Shown: positions 9,101 through 19,100 of the stretch, one piece after another
How positions within the stretch are numbered: the stretch's first letter is position 1
Layout of the letters: every line of letters starts with the position of its first letter
From: Macrostomum lignano
Taxonomy: Eukaryota
Assembly (NCBI GenBank): GCA_002269645.1
Contig: NIVC01005223.1
Span: forward strand, 1 to 20,390
Direction of reading: 5' to 3'
Length of the DNA: 20,390 nt
Translations under genes and position numbers: made by a program
The notes under the pieces: generated by a model
Database searches by the model: none
What the model was told of the DNA's origin: nothing
What the model saw: the letters and a program-made list of their open reading frames with translations, nothing else

Positions 9101-12100
9101 TGCCGACCAGAGACGGCGTCAAGAAACGCGTCGTTTAAATCGGTCGAGCTGGTCTACGGTGAGCCACCGGCTGTACAAGCTGTACCAGCCAATCTGATGG
9201 CTTACTACGGCACGAATGCTTCGCTGTACTGCGCGATAACTGCCGGAGTGCCGAAACCTCGGCTCGTCTGGCAGCGACTATCGACTCCGACAACTGCTAG
9301 TAATGTCACAGTTGTCGAGAGCGGCGGTTTGAGAATTCATTTCTTAGCTACGGAAACTACCGTTGGAGAGTGGGTCTGCTTGGCAAAAAATGAGGCCGGG
9401 ACGGCAGAGGCAAAAGTGCAAGTCTCGATTGTTCGTAAGTTGACTGCTGTTTTATTTACCTTTTTATTTAACTGTACCAGAACTTACAAGTTAAGCGGAG
9501 TGGTGGCGGTTAGTATGTCAAGCCTTAAGAGCTGAAAACTTGGGACTGTAACGGTAAAAGCTGCACTGAACCTTCAAATGCACCACGCATAATTTTACTA
9601 AAAATCCGTTCGCTTTCGACACTTTTAGCGTTCATCAAAATTGATGCGACTCCATCGCCAGTGCTGGTTAAACTGAGCAGACCCGTAGAGATCGAGTGCC
9701 GAATTCGAGGTCAACCGCGACCCACAATCGTTTGGACAAAGGATGGAGAGGCATTTATTGCTGATGCATCTATCGATCAAGATGGACAGAGATTAAGAAT
9801 TTCAAGAGCCCAGGTGCGCCATTCTGGCAATTACCGATGCACAGCCGAAAACTCTTTAGGCAGCATGTCTAAAGTCATTAATCTAGTAGTCGGTCAAGCG
9901 CCTAAGCCCGTTAAACCTCTTGTTGGTCCAAACAAATTAGTCCTATACGAAGGAGAAGCGCGCGAGCTGCATTGCAATGCCACCGGCATTCCTAATCCGA
10001 TCATTCAGTGGCGCCACAACGGCAGTGTCCGGTCCAGCAGTGGATCCGTGCTGAACATCCGTACAGTGACAGTTTCGTCAGCTGGACGGTACAACTGCTC
10101 CGCTAGCAACCAGTTTGGAGCGACTACGATTCTCTTTGACGTTAGCGTCGTCTCCAAACCTGTTATCGTTCCTCCAACCGGACTTGTGAATTCAAAAAAG
10201 CTTGTGAAACTTAATGACAGCTTGCTGTTGGATTGCCGTCTCTTTGACTCTGTCAGGTCCGATCTGGACGCCTCGCTGGAGGTGATTTGGCTTAAGGACG
10301 GCGATCCGATTGATGGTCGTGTTATAGACGTTGTCCAGAACTCCGATGGGGTGAGTTTAGATCGTGAAAATGTACATTCTTATCACTGCATACGATCTAA
10401 AATGTGACAATGGTGCATCGTTAGCGCATGCGACCATGGAGCCATGTAGGCCTGGGGCTTGTGCGGTTGTCGATCACGAGGCATAATACGAGCTAATTCG
10501 CGCCGGAGTACATATTCATGTGTGTGTGTGCGTGCTCAGGGGTCAGAGTAGCCTATTCTGTATATTTTATTAAATAACAATTGAACCACTGCATCTACTC
10601 AATCCTAGACAAAATCACTTCTGATTCGTCGAGCCAGCCTAGCCGACTCCGGAAAGTACATGTGCATCGCTAGCAACAAGGCAGGCTCCGACAGTATACT
10701 AATTGACGTGTCCGTCATTTATTCGCCTCACGCCACCAGTTCGCAAGTTCAAGTTCTCCGTCGAAGTGCCGGACAGGATGTCAGTATTAGCTGCAACGTG
10801 ACCGATGGAGTTCCTCCTGCCGTGTTCACTTGGCGAATGAACCCTGCGGTGTCATCAGCTCGCAGCTCCTCGATTGGCTCGCCTGACAGCAGCAGTCGAA
10901 TCAAGCTGTCTACCGATCGAAAAGTGCTCACAATCAAGCGCTTAGTTGCCAGCGACTCGGGTAGTTACGATTGCACAGCAACCAATCGAGTCGGCTCGGC
11001 AACTAGTCGAACTCGCCTAATCGTCAGCGACCCACCGGTGATCGATCGGAGCAAACTCGGTCCCGTTGAACGGTGGGTTCTGCGCAATCGAGGAGCCAGT
11101 TTAACTTGTCCAATCGGATCGGGCAGCCCGCGTCCATCGCTGACCTGGTTTCTGAACGGCAGACGCCTGGACACTGCAGATTCTTCTAACGGTTTTATAC
11201 TTCGACGCAACGGTGAGGAGCTGGAGATTCTAAGCGCCCAACCCGAGCACCAAGGCCGTTATCGATGCGGGGCAGCCAATCCATCTGGCATAGACGCCAT
11301 CGAGCTCGTTCTGTCCGTTGTTGAAGCTCCGATTCTTCGCCAGTCGCCAGACGAAATCCGTGCGAAGTCTGGCGATCCAGTCAGCATTTGGTGTCGCGTG
11401 CTCAACGGCACAAGGCCGATTGACCTGAGCTGGACTCGGGGTGACAGTCCAATCGTAAGTTACTTGCTGCTTCGATAATGTAGTCAAAACTATCGTACCA
11501 TAGGGATGATAAGTTGTAGAGTTTCACTTGTGAGGGTTTGCAGTGGGAACTTCAGAAAATCAAGGCGACAGTCGATCAGTCGTTTCCGTCCACGAAATAG
11601 AACCTGTAAATTTCCTCGAGGGGTACCCTGCTACCTGGCACTTCAATAACTCTGTGCACTTCAACAGAGGATAATCCAGCCTAATCTTTTCCCCAATTTA
11701 AATCCGGCACAGATTGAATCGAGCCGTGTCCGCATGGAGGCCAACGGTGAACGATTGGTGATTCAGTCAGCTCAGACCTCCGACTCTGGCAGGTACAAGT
11801 GCACCGCTCGGAACCGATTTGGACTGGACAGTCGCAGTCTTGTGTTGGATGTCGAATCGCCACCGTTGCGTTTCCTCAACCAAAGAATCGGCATCTACGT
11901 TGTGGTGAAGGCGATTGAAAATCAATCCGTATCGCTGGATTGCTCGTTGGAGCCGCAACGTACTCAGCCAGAGTTTCTGTGGGTCCGCCACGGTCACGGC
12001 CCGATCGTTGGTGGGTCGGCTGTTTCTGCCGATTCTAGTCGACTAAATCTCAATAATGTGACGCCTGAGGAAGCTGGCAACTACACCTGCACAGCTAGGT

Positions 12101-12464
12101 CAGGTGATCGGTGGCTGACGCGCTATTTTAAATTAGTTGTTAACTCGCCGCCGAGGCTACGAGAAGGTCCTGATGATGTCAACATCACCGTAAATGCCAA
12201 GGAGTTTGTCAGTCTGCAGTGCACTGCCGACGGAGTCTTAAGGTATGTTGATTGATTGATTACTCGTAATTGATAAATTGACTGACTGATTGATTGATTG
12301 ATTGACTGACTGATTGATTGATTGACTGATTGATTGTTTGATTGATTGATTGATTGATTGATGGATGGATGGATGGATTGATTGATTGATTGACTGATTG
12401 ATTGATTTATTGATTGACTAATTGAATGATTGATGGATTGATTGATTGATTGATTGATTGATTA

Positions 12465-12505
<41 letters not shown>

Positions 12506-12542
12506 CTGATTGGTTGATTGGTTGATTGATTGATTGATTGAC

Positions 12543-12585
<43 letters not shown>

Positions 12586-12642
12586 CTGATCGATTGATTG
12601 ATTGACTGATCGATTGATTGATTGACTGATTGATTGATTGAC

Positions 12643-12689
<47 letters not shown>

Positions 12690-12876
12690 CTGATCGATTG
12701 ATTGATTGACTGATCGATTGATTGATTGACTGATTGATTGATTGATTGATTGGTTGATTAATTGATTGATTGATTGATTTATTGGTTGATTAATTGATTG
12801 ACTGATTGATTGATTGATTGATTCATTGATTGATTGATTGATTGATTGACTGATTGATTGATTTATTGATTGACTA

Positions 12877-12907
<31 letters not shown>

Positions 12908-13008
12908 AATTGATTGATTGATTGATGGATGGATGGATTGATTGATGGATGGATGGATTGATTGATAGATTGATTAATTGACTGATTGATTGATTTATTG
13001 ATTGACTA

Positions 13009-13043
<35 letters not shown>

Positions 13044-13140
13044 AATTGATTGATTGATTAATTGATTGATTGATTGATGGATGGATGGATTGATTGATTG
13101 ATTGATTGATTGAGTGATGGATGGATGGATTGATTGATTG

Positions 13141-13177
<37 letters not shown>

Positions 13178-16100
13178 CTGATTGATTGATTGATTGATTC
13201 TTTAATTACTTCACACGGGGTCATTCGACGACAGTTGATTGCAATTTCAGATCAACAATCCAATGGTTCAAGGATGGTATACCTGTGGAGATATTAATAG
13301 CAAGCGGAGCTGGCTACCTGATAACCGATGTGGGAGCCGGTGGTTCCAACCTGTTAATTCCGTCTGCTCAGCTAAATGACGCAGGAATTTTCACCTGTCG
13401 CGCACGCAATTCAGCAGGCAGTGTGTCAAAGCGACACTACTTAGTGCTGCAATCCGGTCCAAGTTTCCCTTCGGATTTCAACACTAGTAGAGAATTGCGA
13501 CAGGTCAATCTGCAAGATTTTGTTGAGCTCTCTTGTCCTGTCCGAGGTGGACGGCCTCCACCCAGCATTGTCTGGTCCCGACAGCTTCCAGACGGCACGC
13601 GACAAGATCTGAGCAGCTCCAATATTGACTCTAGTCGATTCAGCGTCCTTGACAATGGTCAGAAATTATTGATCTTCAGCGTGGCCTTAACGGACTCCGG
13701 CGTATACACCTGCACAGCGCGTAGCATTGTCGGGCAAATTAACAAAGTTTACAATCTTCAGGTGAGGCTGAGACCGAAAATTCTGGATGGTCAACTAAAA
13801 ACTGTCACATCTATTGAAGGCGACAGTGATGTCCGGTTGCCATGCAGCTTTGAGGCGTCACCGGAACCGACCGTCAGGTGGTCAAAAGCTGGACAGAGCC
13901 TGGAATCTGCTGGAAGGTTCAAAATACTTCGCGAGTATCTGGAAATTTCTAGCGTCACCAGTGCAGATTCTGGAGAATACACTTGCCTAGTTACTAACAG
14001 CGCAGGCCGAGATGTGACTCGTGTGCAGCTCAGGGTTCTGGGTAAGTTGGCCCAGATTTTACACTCAGATGCTTTGTGTTTTACTGCATTCACTAATAAC
14101 TGATTGACAAAGTTTATTTAATTGGGTACCGGCTAAATTAAAGGCTAATTAACATAATTGAACTGTGCAAGCTCATGATCTTGAAAGCGCTCAAACTTGT
14201 CCTGTTCAGTGAAGCCCAGAATTGCTGGCGGTCCATTTCCAAGAACTGTGGTGGCAAAACGAGGCCAATCTGTGAAGCTCAACTGCTCTGCAATTGGAGA
14301 TCCGCAGCCCAGCATTGTTTGGAAGCGAGGCACAGATGACGTCATAGTGCCCAGTAGCAGTGAGTCGTTTCGTTAAAAAATGTATTTCCAAGCAAGCTTC
14401 ATTTAAAATTTTGCAATGTGGCTGCATTCTATTATAGCTTTTCAGCCATCTGGGAGCTCTTTGATAATCAACAACTTGGATCCGAGTCACGCTGGCATGT
14501 TCACCTGCGAGGCCAGCAACACGGCTGGTACTGCCGCGGCGCGGATAGAGCTGCAGATTCTGCGTAAGGACTCTGTCTTGGTGTCTGTCTTAGTGTCTGT
14601 CTTAGTGTCTGTCTTAGTGTCTGTCTTAGTGTCTGTCTTAGTGTCTGTCTCAGTGTCTGTCTCTGTGTCTGTCTCAGTGTCTGTCTTAGTGTCTGTCTCA
14701 GTGTCTGTCTCTGTGTCTGTCTTAGTGTCTGTCTCTGTGTCTGTCTCAGTGTCTGTCTCAGTGTCTGTCTTAGTGTCTGTCTCAGTGTCTGTCTCTGTGT
14801 CTGTCTTAGTGTCTGTCTCAGTGTCTGTCTTAGTGTCTGTCTCTGTGTCTGTCTCTGTGTCTGTCTCTGTGTCTGTCTCAGTGTCTGTCTTAGTGTCTGT
14901 CTCAGTGTCTGTCTTAGTGTCTGTCTCAGTGTCTGTCTCAGTGTCTGTCTTAGTGTCTGTCTCAGTGTCTGTCTCAGTGTCTGTCTTAGTGTCTGTCTCT
15001 GTGTCTGTCTCAGTGTCTGTCTCAGTGTCTGTCTTAGTGTCTGTCTCAGTGTCTGTCTCTGTGTCTGTCTCAGTGTCTGTCTTAGTGTCTGTCTCAGTGT
15101 CTGTCTTAGTGTCTGTCTCAGTGTCTGTCTCAGTGTCTGTCTCAGTGTCTGTCTCAGTGTCTGTCTCAGTGTCTGTCTCAGTGTCTGTCTCAGTGTCTGT
15201 CTCAGTGTCTGTCTCAGTGTCTGTCTCTGTGTCTGTCTCTGTGTCTGTCTCAGTGTCTGTCTTAGTGTCTGTCTCAGTGTCTGTCTCTGTGTCTGTCTTA
15301 GTGTCTGTCTCTGTGTCTGTCTCAGTGTCTGTCTCAGTGTCTGTCTTAGTGTCTGTCTCAGTGTCTGTCTCTGTGTCTGTCTTAGTGTCTGTCTCAGTGT
15401 CTGTCTTAGTGTCTGTCTCAGTGTCTGTCTCTGTGTCTGTCTCTGTGTCTGTCTCAGTGTCTGTCTTAGTGTCTGTCTCAGTGTCTGTCTTAGTGTCTGT
15501 CTCAGTGTCTGTCTCAGTGTCTGTCTCTGTGTCTGTCTTAGTGTCTGTCTCAGTGTCTGTCTTAGTGTCTGTCTCAGTGTCTGTCTTAGTGTCTGTCTCA
15601 GTGTCTGTCTCAGTGTCTGTCTCTGTGTCTGTCTCAGTGTCTGTCTCAGTGTCTGTCTTAGTGTCTGTCTCAGTGTCTGTCTTAGTGTCTGTCTCAGTGT
15701 CTGTCTCAGTGTCTGTCTTAGTGTCTGTCTCAGTGTCTGTCTCAGTGTCTGTCTTAGTGTCTGTCTCAGTGTCTGTCTCAGTGTCTGTCTTAGTGTCTGT
15801 CTCAGTGTCTGTCTCAGTGTCTGTCTCAGTGTCTGTCTCAGTGTCTGTCTCAGTGTCTGTCTCAGTGTCTGTCTCAGTGTCTGTCTCAGTGTCTGTCTCA
15901 GTGTCTGTCTCAGTGTCTGTCTCAGTGTCTGTCTGTCAATCACTCTATACATGCAATTGTCTGTCTTTGTAAAAACAGAGTAGCTCAGCGGTAACGCACC
16001 CCGGGTTCGAATTTTGTGCATAGTAACATTAATTTGGGGCTCCTACACAAAAATTGGCTGTTTGCGCTTCGCCTTGATAATCAGTGCCCACTAAAATGAT

Positions 16101-19100
16101 TAAAGACTCGATTTCCACAACCATACCCCAGTCGCTCCTGTCATCCAGCCGCCGAGCACCTCAGTTCACCGGGTGCCAGCAGGCGAGGCTGTACTGCTGG
16201 AATGTCGAGCTGTTGGAGATCCGCAGCCTCTGGTCACCTGGAGCAGAAACGGTTCGCAAATCTATTGGAATAATCCGCTCTACCGGCTGCTGAGCTCCGG
16301 GAGTTTGCGGATCTCCAATGCACAGTGAGTGAGACAAGATATCGATAGATCTAAGAGATAGTTTCCAAATCAATTAGCGTTAAATTTCGATGCCCAACTT
16401 CGGGCGTTCAAACTCAAGGTCAAACGATGCTGGAATGTTCCGCTGCACAGCCAGAAACTCGGCGGGCACGGCGGTTCAAGATCATTGGCTGGAGGTGATA
16501 GGTGAGAGAACCCAGGTGATAAAAGTACAAGTAGGACTTTGTGTTTCAGATTTTGCCACTTTAGGTGCTAGTAGACATACTATTTTTGGTGTCAACAGTG
16601 ACGATGTAAGTGTCAGGGTGCACTTTAGCTACGTGTCAATATGTACTTTAGATAGGTTTAAAGATGCACTTTAGCGAGGTGTCAAAATTTATTTTAGATA
16701 GGTTTTAAGATTTACTTTAGCTAGGGGGTCAGTATGTACTTTAGAGAGGTTTTATGATGCACTTAAGCTATGTGTCAGTATGTACTTTAGATAGATATTA
16801 GGATCCACATTAGCCAGGTGACAGAATGTAATTTAGCTATACGTAGGGATGTACTTTAACTATGGGTCAGTATGTACTTTAGAGAGGTTTTATGATGCAC
16901 TTAAGCTGTGTCAGGATGTACTTTAGATAGATATTAGGATGCAATTTAGCCAGGTGACAGAATGTGCTTTAGTTAGACGTAGGGATGCACTTTAGCTAGA
17001 TGTCGACGTACTCGATTTTTGTCGTCAAAAGCATTGCTTCATTCCTATTCTAAAACAATAATTGACACAGATCGGCCAACAGTGGTGGCAGCAGCCCCCG
17101 TCGTGACGGTCACCCTGGAGCCCGGTGCGTCACCGGATGCTACACTCCGCTGCGAAGTCCGCAGCGGCGCCGCTGCCAACTTGTCCTGGCGGAGGAATGA
17201 CGCCCAGCTGCAATCCTCATCGTCAAGATTCTATCAACAGTCGTCAACAGGTCCCGGCGGAGTTGTGACCATGAGCCTGACGATTCGGCAAGTTCGAGTT
17301 GATGACGCGGGCCAGTACAGGTGTCTGGCAAGCAATGGGGCTGGCGCGGATTCCGCGGAGGTTCTGCTGCGAACTCTGGTGCCACCCAGTGTGGCTGATG
17401 ATCAGGTTGAGGTATGTGCGATTGCAGAGTGACTGCGATTAGACTGGAGTATGGTGAGACAGGACAGACACCAGGACAGACAGACACTAGGACAGACAGA
17501 CAACAGGACAGACAGACACTAGGACAGACAGACACTAGGACAGACAGACACTAGGACAGACAGACACTGAGGACAGACAGACACTGAGGACAGACAGACA
17601 ACAGGACAGACAGACACTAGGACAGACAGACACTAGGACAGACAGACACTAGGACAGACAGACACTGAGGACAGACAGACACTGAGGACAGACAGACACT
17701 AGGACAGGCAGACACTAGGACAGGCAGACACTAGGACAGACAGACACTGAGGACAGACAGACACTAGGACAGGCAGACAGAATTCCTCTCTCGGACTCTC
17801 CCAGGTTGCGGGGCCACCCGAGGTGTCCCACGCGGCGGCGCCCAACTACCAGTTCTTCATGAACGGCTGGATGCAGTTGCGCTGTCAGTCCAGCGGCCGA
17901 CCGCCTGCCCGGATTTTCTGGTACCGCAACGGCAGGCGCATCAGCTCGGAGACGCCGCCTGCCACTGGCTCGGGCTCTCACTCGGTGTACAGGCTCGGGC
18001 CGGACGACTCGGGTCTGTACGAGTGCGAGGCCGAGAACTTAGCCGGACGCAAGAGAAAAATTGTTGCCAACGTCACAGTGCTGGGTGAGAAGCTTTGAGT
18101 AGCGAATTGGAGTTAAAATGTTACAAGTACTCGTAGTATAAATTAAAGAATACTAGAGACACAAGTAGTATACTACCTATAGTAGGATAATTAGTATATG
18201 TGCGACGAAAAATACCCTGGGAGGCAAAAATGACTACTTGAGTGAATATAAAGTCAGCAAATACTGTATAAGTAAAAAGTATTGAGTCTATAAATACTAC
18301 TAGAGTGACATGTATTTATTAAGTGACAATACTAGAGTGATAACTAATACTGCAGTGACAAGTAATACTAGAGTGACAAGTAATACTAGAGTGACAGGTA
18401 ATACTAGAGTGACAAGTACATGTAATACTAGAGTGACAGGTAGTACTAGAGTGACAGGTAATACTAGAGTGACAAGTACATGTAATACTAGAGTGACAGG
18501 TAGTACTAGAGTGACAGGTAGTACTAGAGTGACAGGTAGTACTAGAGTGACAGGTAGTACTAGAGTGACAGGTAGTACTAGAGTGACAGGTAATTCTAGA
18601 GTGACAGGTAGTACTAGAGTGACAGGTAATTCTAGAGTGATGAGAATAACTGGATCGACAAAGGAATACTCTCTGGAGTGAAAGAGCCGGATGCACAGTT
18701 AAATACTGTAGAAAACTTAATTTACAAACCGGAAACACACCAGGCCCACCGGAAGTACTCAGCCTTGGCCACTCGACAGATCTGAGCGGCGTGTATCCGG
18801 CTGTCACACTGACTTGTCAGATTCAGGGCAGCTTCACTCAGCTCGACTGGACACTGAATGGGCAGCCGTTGCAGACCAGCGCCGGCAGCAGATTCAGCGA
18901 CTACGGCAACGGCACCTTGGTGATACGGCGGGCAACTGTGCGTAAAAACAACAGATTTCCTGCGTTTTTCTACTGTTAGTAGAGCTATAGAGTTATACAG
19001 TAGTTTCTTATCAGTGATTCATAAAAAACATCCATAACCAAGGTAAGCAAACCTATTCGAGGTAACACAACTCGTATCAAAGGATAAAACAACACTGCAT

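Noticed and set aside
10408-10470. Second possible tRNA/SINE-like segment (tggtgcatcgttagcgc…cctggggcttg)
   Set aside because: The A box is loose and there is no credible B box.
10749-14093. Short minus-strand ORFs overlapping Ig exons
   Set aside because: Antisense shadows of GC-rich coding exons; no independent signals.
14501-16021. 506-aa minus-strand (RQTL)n ORF
   Set aside because: Antisense reading of the 12-bp array; no independent evidence of coding.
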